DNA of 64,000 nt from positions 1 through 64,000 of the forward strand of contig NIVC01001348.1 in the NCBI GenBank assembly GCA_002269645.1, read 5' to 3'. Origin of the DNA: Macrostomum lignano (Eukaryota). Below, piece after piece: positions 1-12,889 of this stretch (within the stretch, counting starts at the first letter, position 1; each line of letters starts with the position of its first letter). Position numbers and translations under genes: made by a program. Under the pieces are notes generated by a model that did not search any database, was not told where the DNA came from, and worked only from the letters and a program-made list of their open reading frames with translations.

Positions 1-400
1 TCTCTCCTCTCCTCTCTCTCCTCTCCTCTCCTCTCCTTCTTCTCCTCTCCTCTCCTCTCCTCTCCTCTCCTCTCCTCTCCTCTCCTCTCCTCTCCTCTCC
101 TCTCCTCTCCTCTCCTCTCCTCTCCTCTCCTTTCCTCTCCTCTCCTTTCCTCTCCTCTCTTCTCCTTTCTTCTACTATCCTATCCTCTCCTCTCCTCTCC
201 TCTCTCCTCTCCTTTCCTCTCCTCTCTTCTCCTCTCCTCTCCTCTCCTTTCTCTCCTCTCCTCTCCTCTCCTCTCCTCTCCTCTCCTCTCTTCTCCTCTC
301 CTCTCCTCTCCTCTCCCTTCTCTCTCCTCTCCTCTCCTTCTCTCTCCTCTCCTCTCCTTCTCTCTCCTCTCTCTCTCCTCTCCTCTTCGCTTCTTTCCTC
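1..400. repeat. (TCTCC)n pyrimidine microsatellite, in the intron upstream of the first visible SGPL1 exon
   Basis: Direct reading of TCTCC pentamers; ORF 175..489(-) is a translation artefact. Confidence 0.95.
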
Positions 401-439
401 TCTACCCTAACCAACCCTATGCAACATCCCTCACACCAG

Positions 440-3400
440 GCGAAGACCCGCAGCAGCTTCTCGAACAGATTGAGACGCTTCGCACGCACAAAAACCGACC
501 AGATGTTTGCCTACGTGTATTCGGAAGCCGCAGAGGTCCTTGGCCACGCTCTGGCCAAAGCGCAAGAGCGGGCGGCGCTTGATTTCGTTTCTAACGACGC
601 TTCGGAGCTCGGTGGAGGCTTGTCAGCGAGCAGCGCCACCTGGTGGCCGAGTACATGCGGGCGTTTATGCACGAGAATGCGCTCAATCCGACCTTGTTCG
701 CCGCGCTGCGCCGATTCGAAGTCGAACTCGTCCAGATGACCGCCGCCATGCTGAACGCTGGTCCGGCCGCTCGGGGGTAACGTCACCTCGGGCGGCACCG
801 AGAGCGTCCTGATGGCCGTAAAGACCTACAGGGATCTCGCCAGGGCGCGGAAGCCCGGCAGTGGTGGCACGCCAAATATTGTGAGCAATTTTTGTGGGGA
901 TGGAGAAGTTTATAACCCGCACTGCCTATGTCCAACACTGTCTATTAGCCACACTGTCTATGAGCCACACTGTCTATGACCCACACAATCTATGACCAAC
1001 AATGTCTATGACCCACACTATGACCCACACTGTCTATGACCCACACTGTCTATGACCCACACTGTCTATGACCCACACTGTCTATGACCCACACTGTCTA
1101 TGACCCACACTGTCTATGACCCACACTGTCTATGACCCACACTGTCTATGACCAACACTGCCTATGCCAACACTGTCTATGACCCACACTATGACCCACA
1201 CTGTCTATGACCAACACTGTCTATGACCCACACTGTCTATGACCCACACTGTTTATGACCCACACTGTCTATGACCAACACTGTCTATGACCCACACTGT
1301 CTATGACCAACATTGTCTATGACTTACAATTTCTGACCAACACTGTCTATGACCCACACTGTCTATGACCCACACATTCTATGACCAACAATGTCTATGA
1401 CCCACACTATGACCCACACTGTCTATGACCCGCACTGTCTATGACCCACACTGTCTATGACCCACACTGTCTATGACCAACACTGTCTATGACCCACACT
1501 GTCTATGACCAACATTGTCTATGACTTACAATTTCTGACCAACACTGTCTATGACCCACACTGTCTATGACCCACACATTCTATGACCAACAATGTCTAT
1601 GATCCACACTATGACCCACACTGTCTATGACCCGCACTGTCTATGACCCACACTGTCTATGACCCACACTGTCTATGACCCACACATTCTATGACCAACA
1701 CTGTCTATAACCCACACTGTCTATGACCCACACTGTCTATGACCCACACTGTCTCTGACCCACACTGTCTATGACCCACACTGACATGACCCACACAATC
1801 TATGACCCACACTGTCCATGGCCAACAATGTCTATGACCCACACTGTCTATGACCCACACTGTATCTGACCCACACTGTCTATGACCCACACTGACATGA
1901 CCCACACAATCTATGACCCACACTGTCCATGGCCAACAATGTCTATGACCCACACTGTCTATGACCCACACTGGCTATGACCCACACTGTCTATGACCCA
2001 CACTGTCTATGACCCACACTGTCTATGACCCACACTGTCTATGACCCACACTGTCTCTGACCCACACTGTCTCTGACCCACACAGTATATGACCAACAAT
2101 GTCTATGACCCACACTGTCTATGACCCACACAGATTATAACCCAAGCCGTCTACCTTTGTCTACCTTTGTGCAGGTAGCTGCTGTCACAGTGCATCCAGC
2201 ATTTAACAAGGCGGCGCACTATTTCGGCTTGACAATGACCTTGGTGCCGGTGGATCCCGTCAGCCAGACGGTTGATCCTGCAGCCCTACGCGCGGCAGTG
2301 ACATCCGACACGGTCCTGTTGGTTGCCTCGGCGCCGCAGTACTGCCACGGTATCGTCGATCCTGTCGAAGAATATGGCCGTGTGGCGCGAGAGTTCGGCT
2401 TGCCGTTACACGTCGACGCCTGCTTCGGCGGCTTCATGCTGCCCTGGTGAGAACTATCGGACTTGTGGCTGTACTTAAGATGTACTTTGCGCCTAGTGGG
2501 CATTGGTTTGCCTTATATAAGCATCTAGTTAAATGTTGACAATTACAGCTAGGGAAGTGAGGGCTAGGCAGGAGTGAGGTGGGTGGCAATCAGAGTGGGG
2601 AATGGGGCTAGGCAGGAGTGAGGTGGGTGGTAATCAGATTGGGGAATGGGGCTAGGCAGGAGTGAGGTGGGTGGCAATCAGATTGGGGGAATGGGGCTAG
2701 GTGGGAGTGAGGTGGGTGGCAATCAGATTGGGGGAATGCGGATAGGCGGGAGGGAGGTGGGTGGCAATCAGATTGGGGAATGGGGCTAGACGGGAATCTT
2801 AGGCCAGCCAATCAGGATCGAGAAAAAGTCAAGAGACGAAAAGGCACCATCTGATTGTCGAACTGGCAGGGTGGAGAAACTGGGTTACTCTGTGCCGGCG
2901 TTTGACTTTCGCGTACCCGAAGTGACCTCCGTGTCAGCCGACCTTCACAAGTATGGCTTTGCGCCAAAGGTGAGGAAGACTAAAGAGTTGATTTGATTTT
3001 TGAGTATTGCTTCTTTGATAAACCTTGCAATTTATTTGACCCTCTCTGTTAAACCCACAGGGCGCCAGCGTGATTGTGTACCGCACGGGCGGGTTGCGCA
3101 AGCACCAGCTCTACGCCTACTCTGGCTGGCCCGGCGGCCTTTTCGGCTCGCCAACCATGGCGGGCACGAGGCCAGGGGCTACCTGGCCACCGCCTGGGTC
3201 ACCCTGCGCACCATGGGCCAGGAGGGCTTCGTGCGCATTGCCGGCGACCTCATGGAGCTCACCAAGTTCTGGACTGAAGAGATTCGGGCTACAGGGGTAA
3301 GCTAGGGTGAAAAAAGTTAAGTATTCCTACTCATAGTAGTTAATCACTATTTTTTGGAAACTGCACAAACTAACCAGGCGCTAAAAATCGTTGGCTCGCC

Positions 3401-4587
3401 GCAAATGACCTGCTTTGCCATCACCTCGAACAACCCCGCCGTGAACGTCTTCGTTCTGGCCGACCTCTTGGAGGACAAGGGTGAGTTGGACCAGCTTGTA
3501 AGTCTGTTGAGCTCTCAGACACATCAGACACAACATTGTCTAACCCGACAAAACACACAGGTTGGAAAATGGAGCGGGAGTCGAACCCGGACTGTCTGCA
3601 CGTGACGGTGCTGCCGCAGCACCTGGCCAGGCGGGACGACTTTGTCACCGACATCCGCGCCTGCGTTGACAGAATTCTGGTGAGTGCCGTGGCGCTGGGT
3701 GGGGTAACTGCTCACTGCTGCCATCTCATACCTCTGAGACTCTCATCTCTGACACTCTCACCTCTGACACTCTCACCTCTGACACTCTCACCACATCTGA
3801 CACTCTCACCTCTGACACTCACCACATCTGACACTCTCACCTCTGACACTCTCACCACATCTGACATTCTCACCTCTGACACTCTCACCACCTCTGACAC
3901 TCTCACCTCTGACACTCTCACCTCTGACACTCTCACCACATCTGACACTCTCACCACATCTGACACTCTCACCTCTGACACTCTCACCTCTGACACTCTC
4001 ACCACATCTGACACTCTCACCACATCTGACACTCTCACCTCTGACACTCTCACCTCTGACACTCTCACCACCTCTGACACTCTCACCACATCTGACACTC
4101 TCACCACATCTGACACTCTCACCTCTGACACTCTCACCACATCTGACACTCTCACCTCTGACACTCTCACCTCTGACACTCTCACCACCTCTGACACTCT
4201 CACCACATCTGACCCTCTCACCTCTGACACTCTCACATCTGACACTCTCACCTGACACTCTCACCTCTGACACTCTCACCTGTGACACTCTCCCCTCTGA
4301 CACATTCTCACTCTCACTGTAAACTCCCTATATTTTCGAGCTCTCCTAATTTTTTAATTGGCCTCATCAAATAGATTCTTTTAAATATCTAATGTTGACT
4401 TCTAGATACTACTAACTAGCAGAATTTCAGTAGCAAGCAGGACATTTTCCTCGCTAAAAACTCACCGCAGACGGAGAAAATCAAGCCCAAGGGCATGGCC
4501 GCTGTGTACGGCATGGTGGCCCGGGTGCCGGCCAAGGAGCTCATTGACGAGTTCCTGCTGGAGTTCTTCAATCAGATCTACTCATAA
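440..4587 (+). CDS. SGPL1: Sphingosine-1-phosphate lyase (PLP-dependent, group II decarboxylase fold), 5'-incomplete, 7 visible exons, 4 frameshifts as given
   Basis: Exons 440-880, 2175-2446, 2870-2969, 3061-3296, 3378-3480, 3561-3679, 4471-4587, all with AG/GT borders and compatible phases. Motifs: [68 protein letters not shown] (PLP lysine), [19 protein letters not shown]; stop TAA at 4585-4587. Single-base corrections are needed at about 490-494, 623, 773-777 and 3175-3178. Confidence 0.92.
915..2135. repeat. 16-bp minisatellite (ATGACCCACACTGTCT)n filling SGPL1 intron 881-2174
   Basis: About 70 units with variants and internal higher-order duplications. Confidence 0.95.
2555..2790. repeat. 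About 44-45-bp G-rich tandem repeat (about 5 units) in an SGPL1 intron
   Basis: Unit GAATGGGGCTAGGCAGGAGTGAGGTGGGTGGCAATCAGATTGGG. Confidence 0.9.
3740..4315. repeat. 15/18-bp minisatellite (CTCTGACACTCTCAC / ACCACATCTGACACTCTC) in an SGPL1 intron
   Basis: Direct reading; produces the spurious TLTSD/VRVSE ORFs. Confidence 0.95.
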
Positions 4588-4681
4588 ACTGCCGACTCCC
4601 GTCAGTAACAACCAAATGTAGCTAGTTAGTGTCAATTCTATTCAATCACCTGATCTGCTCGCTTCAATGATTACTAAATCA

Positions 4682-4687
4682 AATAAA
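4682..4687 (+). other. Putative polyadenylation signal of SGPL1
   Basis: AATAAA about 95 nt after the stop codon. Confidence 0.5.
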
Positions 4688-4885
4688 AAATCAATCTAAT
4701 TCGACAACCAACTCAACTGAGAATAATTTCACTTGTCGAATGGCGTGTCTTACCTTTGTGACAGGGACGTACAGGGACGTCTGGAGAACCCTGGACTGGA
4801 AACGGCCAACGTTTTTAACGTTCGGCCTTTCCTTCGCTTTTCTATTAATCTTACTAGTGCTTGTGTTAGTAACAAACAAATGAAT

Positions 4886-5390
<505 letters not shown>

Positions 5391-6359
5391 GCTAGGCACC
5401 CAGTTTTTGGCTTTAGATTACCGGCTAGCAACCAGTCCAGAGGAGCTTCCAGAGATCCATGCTTCAATCCAGCACCCCCTAGACCCAACCTGTAGCCTCA
5501 GCTGCAGGTTCACTGCTCAACTCACAAAGATTATGCTCCTATCGTCATCCATCAGGGCAGGCAATGAAATGGCCTGTCGGGATTCTCATTTTGCTGCTCC
5601 CATGCACCCAGCCACCTCGCCTCCCGGATCCCCTGCTTGATTCCGCTCGGTTGCGGATTATCAAGCCAGGTGCGCTCGCCCGCTCGCTTCTCCTTGAGCT
5701 CGGCGGCCTCATCAATCAGACCCGATCTGTAAGACAGTTGAGGATAGAAGATCTCGGCCAGAAGAAGTCAGTCAGGCCAGTCAGGGGGAGAAGAAGATAT
5801 AAAAGACGCTTGGAGCGAGCTTGTTCCGCTGCAAGCATCTCAGCAGCTTCTATCCTCTTCTCCGCTAGCTAAACCCCGTCTTTCCTGCCTGCAAGCGGGG
5901 AGCTGGGCTCATATTTAGGATAGAGCCGACAAGAGGGTAGCGGGCCGCCCGCTGCCTGCGGGGAGCATTGGTGATTTATGGGAAAGTGAGAAAATGGGAT
6001 CTACATAAGGGGGGTTGGTGGCAGCTGCTCATCGCTTGCCCTTGGCTGTTTCCTCTGGCAGGAGAAGCTTGGCTGAGGCGGGGGGGGCAAAGTTAATAAA
6101 CAATTCCGAGTGGAGCAGGGCTTGTGTGGGGGCAGATGAGGACAGACCACCCCAATGTTGCGGCAATGATGAGGTGAGCAGAAGTGTTGAGTACAGGCTG
6201 GTGAAGTTGCTGAGTGGAAATCGATGCACGTTATCTGGTCGAAAGTGGTCGAAATATACTTTTCCCATGATGATAAACTGTTTCATATGGCGGAGCAATG
6301 CCTGATATAAATTATTCAGAACAGTAAAATTAGATAGGCCAGTTGGTGGTTACGAAATT

Positions 6360-6905
6360 GCTCAGACGATTGATGAATGTTTCAGATGTTTGATGAATGC
6401 TTCAGATGATTGATGAATGTTTCAGATGATTGATAAATGTTTCAGGTGATTGATTAATGTTTCAGGTGATTGATGAACGCTTCAGATGATTGATGAATGT
6501 TTCAGATGATTGATGACTGTTTCAGATGATTGATTAATGTTTCAGATGATTGATGAATGCTTCAGATGATTGATGACTGTTTCAGATGATTAATAAATGT
6601 TTCAGGTGATTGATGAATGCTTCAGATGATTGATAAATGTTTCAGATGATTAATAAATGTTTCAGGTGATTGATGAATGCTTCAGATGATTGATAAATGT
6701 TTCAGATGGTTAATAAATGTTTCAGGTGATTGATGAATGCTTCAGATGATTGATAAATGTTTCAGATGATTAATAAATGTTTCAGATAATTGATGAATGC
6801 TTCAGATGATTGATTAATGTTTCAGATGATTGATGACTGTTTCAGGTGATTGATGAATGTTTCAGATGATTAATAAATGTTTCAGGTGATTGATGAATGT
6901 TTCAG
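6360..6905. repeat. 20-bp minisatellite (TTCAGATGATTGATGAATGT)n
   Basis: Direct reading, about 27 units. Confidence 0.95.
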
Positions 6906-6929
6906 GTGGCTGTTGTGTGTTTGAGATGA

Positions 6930-7295
6930 TTGGTGAATGCTTCAGGTTATTGGCAAATGCTTCAGGTTATTGGCAAATGCTTCAGGTTATTGGCAAATGC
7001 TTCAGTCAGGATATTGGCAAATGCTTCAGGTTATTGGCAAATGCTTCAGTCAGGATATTGGCAAATGCTTCAGGTTATTGGCAAATGCTTCAGGTTATTG
7101 GCAAATGCTTCAGGTTATTGGCAAATGCTTCAGGTTATTGGCAAATGCTTCAGGTTATTAGCAAATGCTTCAGGTTATTGGCAAATGCTTCAGGTTATTG
7201 GCAAATGCTTCAGGTTATTGGCAAATGCTTCAGGTTATTGGCAAATGCTTCAGGTTATTGGCAAATGCTTCAGGTTATTGGCAAATGCTTCAGAT
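6930..7295. repeat. 20-bp minisatellite (TTCAGGTTATTGGCAAATGC)n
   Basis: Direct reading, about 18 units; same period and frame as the adjacent array. Confidence 0.95.
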
Positions 7296-8004
7296 TGGTG
7301 TCACAGTCGTTTCCATACTAAAATTTCACAGGTCATATAAGTAAATAACTCTTTGCCTAACGGTGAGTTCACGGTTTAGTTTTGCACATTCGTCAGCAGT
7401 GAAGAAGTTGTACAGAGAAAAAATGCAGCATAGAAGTCATTCCATTGAATTAGAGGAAAGAATTCCTATTCTCTAACTTTCCCACTGTCGCGGAAACTGG
7501 GAGGCGGGGAGCAGTTGAGGCCGTATATTGTGGGCATGTGTGAGGGGAAACAGAGAGAATAAGGTGAATTTTATTGACACAGAACTTGGACCCGCCAGCT
7601 TGCATTTCTAATTGTTGGTCTAAATGACGGAAATTCACACCAAAGCGAACAAAGACTTGCTAAGGCATTTCCCAAACCACTATTTTGTCATTAGGCAAGC
7701 ATTAGATCTCTACAAAGATTCAAAGATTCCCATGGTTGGCAACTGGCCTAATCAGTCCATGATCAAATGCGATCAAGTCTTTATTGTCCCATCTGGCGCG
7801 TGACCTGACCTCGGACAGCCAACGGCCCAGCTGGGGGGGCTCTTTGGCGTGACCTTCTTTGTAATTTTGACGTTTCTATAAAGCAAAACTGACTGGGGTT
7901 GGAGTTTGCCCAAGGAGATTATTTTAAAGCAAAATCTGGAGTGACGAAATCTTTAAAGCTTGTTTTTTATCTATTTTTACGACTTATGAGTGGTTAAACT
8001 GATC

Positions 8005-8835
8005 AGAGAGGGCCAGGGCCAAAATGAAAGCCAGGGGTGCCAAAATGAGAGCCAAGGCGCCAAAATGAGAGCCAAGGCGCCAAAATGAGAGCCAAGGCGC
8101 CATAATGAGAGCCAGGGCCCCAAAATGAGAGCCAAGGCGCCAAAATGAGAGCCAGGGCCCCAAAATGAGAGCTATTGCCCCAAAATGAGAGCCAAGGCGC
8201 CCAAAATGAGAGCCAAGGCCCCAAAATGAGAGTTAAGGCGCCAAAATGAGAGCCAAGGCGCCAAAATGAGAGCCAAGGCACCAAAATGAGAGCCAGGGCG
8301 CCAAAATGAGAGCCAGGGCGCCAAAATGAGAGCCAGGGCGCCAAAATGAGAGCCAAGGCGCCAAAATGAGAGCCAGGGCGCCAAAATGAGGGCCAGGGCG
8401 CCAAAATGAGAGCCAGGGCGCCAAAATGAGAGCCAAGGCCCCAAAATGAAAGCCAGGGCCCCAAAATGAAAGCCAGGGCCCCAAAATGAAAGCCAGGGTG
8501 CCAAAATGAGAGCCAAGGCCCCAAAATGAGAGCCAAGGCGCCAAATAAGAGCCAAGGCCCCAAAATGAAAGCCAGGGCCCCAAAATGAGAGTTAAGGCGC
8601 CAAAATGAGAGCCAAGGCCCCAAAATGAGAGCCAAGGCGCCAAAATAAGAGCCAAGGCCCCAAAATGAAAGCCAGGGCCCCAAAATGAGAGTTAAGGCGC
8701 CAAAATGAGAGCCAAGGCGCCAAAATGAGAGTCAGGGCGCCAAAATGAGAGCCACGGTGCCAAAATGAAAGCCAGGACGCTAAAATGAGAACCAGAGATG
8801 CCAAAATGAGAGTCAGGGATATGCCAAAATGAAAG
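8005..8835. repeat. 20/21-bp minisatellite (CCAAAATGAGAGCCAAGGCG)n
   Basis: About 40 units; related to the array at 37555-38300. Confidence 0.95.
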
Positions 8836-9174
8836 CCTTCCTGAGCCTAACACTGAGACCCCAGATTAGCCAGTCCAAACTCTACTTTAAGGCCTCCTTG
8901 GCCTGAATAAGCTTGTCAGCTACAAACTGCAGCATCGGCCCCACCTGCTGTGCAAAGTTTAAAAGCCAGTCAACAGCGGTGTATAACAAACAATTCTGAC
9001 GGGTTTTAACCGCACGGTTTTTGTTAACAAAGAGCCGTCACCAACTTTAAAGCAAAGTTTTGTGAAAAAAATTGGTCTACACTCTGTAAATGATTTTTCA
9101 GCATTTTTTCGAGTTTTCTACGAAATGAAAGATCTGGTTTGTCGGGTTTCCTAGTTTATGAAGTGAGACATTGT

Positions 9175-9395
9175 CAGGGGTAGGCAAACTACGGCCCGCG
9201 AGTCAACATGCAGCCCTCAAAACCTCTCTATACGGCCCCATCGGGTCCTTTGAAACTTCACAATGTCAATCCAGCCCGCTCAAGATTTGTCTCTTCTCAG
9301 CTCTGTTCGATCTCTAATCTCCTCTCTTTTTTCTTCTCTCCTCTCATCTCCTTTCCTCTCCTCCCTTCTTGTCTCCCTCCTCTCCTCTCTAATCG
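9175..9395 (+). mobile_element. Non-autonomous hAT/Charlie-like DNA element fragment, copy 1
   Basis: Starts CAGGGGTAGGCAAACTACGGCCCGCG, which resembles Charlie-type hAT termini. Internal CCTTTGAAACTTCACAATGTCAATCCAGCCCGCTCAAG matches the reverse complement of about 31075-31120. Followed by a short degenerate CT tract. Confidence 0.6.
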
Positions 9396-10771
9396 TAAGG
9401 CATGTACACTGTCTGTGCCTTGGAAACTGGTCCTAATTCATGGCTGTGAATCACGCTGCCCCGCTAAGCTACTAGCATGGCAAAGGATTTTGGTGCCGCT
9501 AAAACTATCAAAGCCGGAGCTGCAAAGACACGAGACTCCGTCATGCGTGACTTGACCCACCCACCCCTTCCCATCACCTTCATCCCTTCAGCTTCGAAAT
9601 CAATTTCCCCATAGCGCGGAAGCCTGTGCGGGGCAACTCCGGCATCCTCCAGTTTCTTCCTGACACTCAAAAAGCAGAATGCTTCGATGCTTCAAGTGGA
9701 GTTAGGACTGAGTGGGAGATCTGCTCAAGTTGAGGCGAAGAGAGGCTGTTTTGGGGGGGGGGCCTGAGCAGTCAGCCGAGTTGAGACCCGAGAGAGTCAG
9801 CCCAGCACAACACGCCACAAACAACAGCAGCGGCGACCTTCTCCATATGCCGCCGTGCTTCACTCGCTCGCTCTCACTTTTGCCTTGAAGAACTGAGAAA
9901 AGATGAAGGGTGAAATGGATGGAGGAGATATGGCTCTAGCGGGATCATAAACCAGCCATCATCCCGGCCCCTCCTTCCCCGCCTCCCCAGAGTCCCTAAC
10001 GCCTCGCAGCTTCTTCTCCTTGCTTTGCCTGGTTCAGCCTCTTCCGCTTGCCTGCTTAAACTTAGTTTACAGGCAACTCAGACCCGTGTCGTGAGGAGGA
10101 GATGGATGAGCTCCACCCTCGGGCCTATAGTGAACTTCTTTTATCCAGTTTCCTTCATCCGACTTCATTCAAAGCAGATGTCCACCGATGCGTGCTGTTG
10201 GCCAGCCGGCCCAAGCTTTCAGTGTTTTAGTTGTGGGGCATCAATTTTTTATGAGAAACCAGCAATAAAATGTCGATGGCCAGAGCAGACGCAGATGGTG
10301 GCAAGATCAAGTGAAGAAATTGAAAAGCAGAGTCTGCAGCCAACTGGGCGGCAGATTGTGGATTAAGCGGCAGCTCAAGTCTGCGCTCGGCGGCAAGTTT
10401 GTGGGGAAAACCTGTTACGATCGCGAATTAATCCCATTTCCCCAATCGCCTTAATTTCCTCGCATCGATATAACTAGATTTTCCATATCTAAATCTTTCC
10501 ATTCCTGGAAATCTAATGCTCAGAATGCGTCAGAAATGAGGAGGGCGAGGGGATATTTTTGGCGGTGACATTTCCAGCTCTTCCCAATTATCGCTGGACT
10601 GTCTGTTGGGACTGTGGAGAGAGGATGGGACGGATGTGTATCTGATAGTGAGAGAGACGGCCCGGTCCCCCGGTCATGGAGTTCCTAGATCAGCAATCCA
10701 GAGTGGAAACTCTCGGCCCAGAACTCCCATTAGTATATTTTTCTAACACAAGATGCGGATGTTACAGAAGC

Positions 10772-11121
10772 GGGGGCCGTAGTGCAGTGGTCTGGAGCGG
10801 CGCTCTGATGTGCCAGCGGCCCAGGCTCGATTCCAAGTGCAGTCGCATTAATTTTTGGGGCTAAATTGGAATCTCGGCTTGGCTCTGCTCGTGCAATTAA
10901 CGGCCTTGACGGCTAACCCCAAGTCACAGTGAAGTGTACATGCCTAACGATAAATAAAGTTTGGGCCGCTGTACACTCCTGTGTGAGTGTGTGCCTGTGC
11001 GTCTGACTGCGTACGTATCCGCGCGCTTGTGTGCCTGCTCAGGGGAGTCTGCGGAATGGGCAGCAATGCCTCTCGCCGGTTGTGTGACAATGTCGCTTAA
11101 AGTGCGCCAGAGTGCACACAG
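10772..11121 (+). mobile_element. tRNA-derived SINE family A, copy 1
   Basis: A-box-like TAGTGCAGTGG and B-box-like GGCTCGATTCC; the body aligns over about 300 bp with 27297-27600 (e.g. GGCTAAATTGGAATCTCGGCTTGGCTCTGCTCGTGCAAT; GGAATGGGCAGCAATGCCTCTCGCCGGTTGTGTGACAATG). Confidence 0.8.
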
Positions 11122-11980
11122 CCTCCTCTCTAATGAAGAAATGCTACCGAAGCAGATACGAACAGTGTTAGGTCGTCGGCGACTCCAGCTGCCGGGACAC
11201 TTCATCAGCGCCGAGTCGCACTGCCCACAACCGGTGCAGGAGGCGCTGCTGCTGACGCTGACAGGCGCGCACTCAGCGTCTCGTGGGATTTGGACGGCGG
11301 AGCGGCTTACATTCACGCTCAGGTCCCTGAGGCGGTTTCCAATCCAGATGAGCCTATTTTTAGAGCTCCCCGGCACCAAACTGAAGCGGGTCGCAGCTGC
11401 TGTCACTTATCCTTGTTTTTAATGCGCCTCGATCACAGCATCTCCTCCCATCTCAATCGAACGGGTCCGGCTATAACAGCCAGCTAGCCCTACTCACACT
11501 TGAGCAGCTTGTGTGCCATTTACACCCATGGACCGCGAGCACTTCAAAACCAGACGATGTAGAGACTGCTCTTCTTCCGCGAGAGAAGCGGCGTGAGAGG
11601 TGACGCAACCTCCGGGAGCACAGGACCCGCAGGCCCCAGCTGTCACAGAGGGTAAACACACTCTGCAGAACCGATATGGGCAAAGCTGCATGGAGAGGCT
11701 GTGAAAAACAAATACACAGCCTGGTAACCATCGGGTATTAGCAACTCTCTGCCGCTTTTCGCCCCACTTTTTGTTTGTTTTCTTCTTCTTTGGAACTAAA
11801 TTTGTCAGGCATCAACTATGGAAGAAACACGTGCGCCTCTCTCAAGTTTGGCTCCCCCTGTAGAGTTTCGGTGTAAACTAATAATGGGGTTGGATGAAAT
11901 CAATAGCTACAAATGGGAACTGTGTCTTTGTCGCCTCTTTCTAGCAAGTCTGAGGTCTTTGTCTATGAGACTTATTGGGG

Positions 11981-12194
11981 TGGGTTTCACAAAACGCGAA
12001 ATTTCACAACCGCTAAAATTTTTGCACTCACTTTCATATAAAACAGTCTTTTTAGCGGTTATGAAGTTTCGCGGTTGTGAAAGTAGATGACATTTAGCGG
12101 TTGTGAAGTTTCGCGGTTGTGAAGTTTCGCGCTTATGAAAGTGACTGCAATTTTTTTAGCGGTTGTGAAATTTCGCATTTGTTAAAGCAACCCA
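11981..12194. mobile_element. Fold-back / MITE-like element with about 57-bp imperfect terminal inverted arms
   Basis: GCGAAATTTCACAACCGCTAAAA on the left versus TTTTAGCGGTTGTGAAATTTCGC on the right, arms extending to TGGGTT...AACCCA; internal GCGGTTGTGAAGTTTC subrepeats; no clear TSD. Confidence 0.6.
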
Positions 12195-12889
12195 TGCAAT
12201 TATCAATGCATATCGGCCTAATGCCTGCATGTACCCAGCGAGCCACGGAAGCGACTCCCTTTAAAAAGGCCAGTTCTTTCCAAGAAACAACTTGGCGAGA
12301 CAGGCGGAGAAACCCTTACTGTCTGCACAAAATTTTAGATAATTTCGGTATAGCAAAACCGATTTTAACAAACTTGGTCTCGTTTTAAAGTTGAATAAAT
12401 TCTTTTACAACTGGCACGAGTTTCACTAAAAAATCACTAAAATATTTATTCGGCAGGAAATTTCAAAGACACGATTTTTTCGACTGACATCTTCCAAACT
12501 AGAATTTTTTTGAAGATTTCAAACGGTCGAACGGTTGGTTCATTAAAACAAGGCAGGAGAGCCAAACGGGGGGGGACTGAATTTTAACAGACTGAGTTGT
12601 CTGCTCTAATTTGGTGAAGGAGGAGGCTCAATAGGACCCTCGGACCTCTCTTAACCTAGAACCTTAACAGCATAGGACACTTGAGTATTAGCGATCCTGG
12701 CCTGTAGTGGCGACAGTAATGATGCTACAGCAAGCCTTCCTAGTCCCCTCGGGTTGCGTCACCCCCGTGAGGGAAGGAAGGCTGGAAGAGATTCTCTGTG
12801 CCAAATTTGATAAGAACCACCGCTGCATATGAATGAATTTTACATGTTTGGCAGGTTATTTGTGAGGCCTGCATGTTTGTTTGGCACTT

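Noticed and set aside
490-780. Programmed ribosomal frameshifting in SGPL1
   Set aside because: Four shifts of mixed sign without slippery heptamers or stimulatory structures; indel error or decay is far more parsimonious.
5400-6310. Possible retrotransposon ORF remnants
   Set aside because: Manual translation showed no RT, RNase H, integrase or endonuclease motifs.
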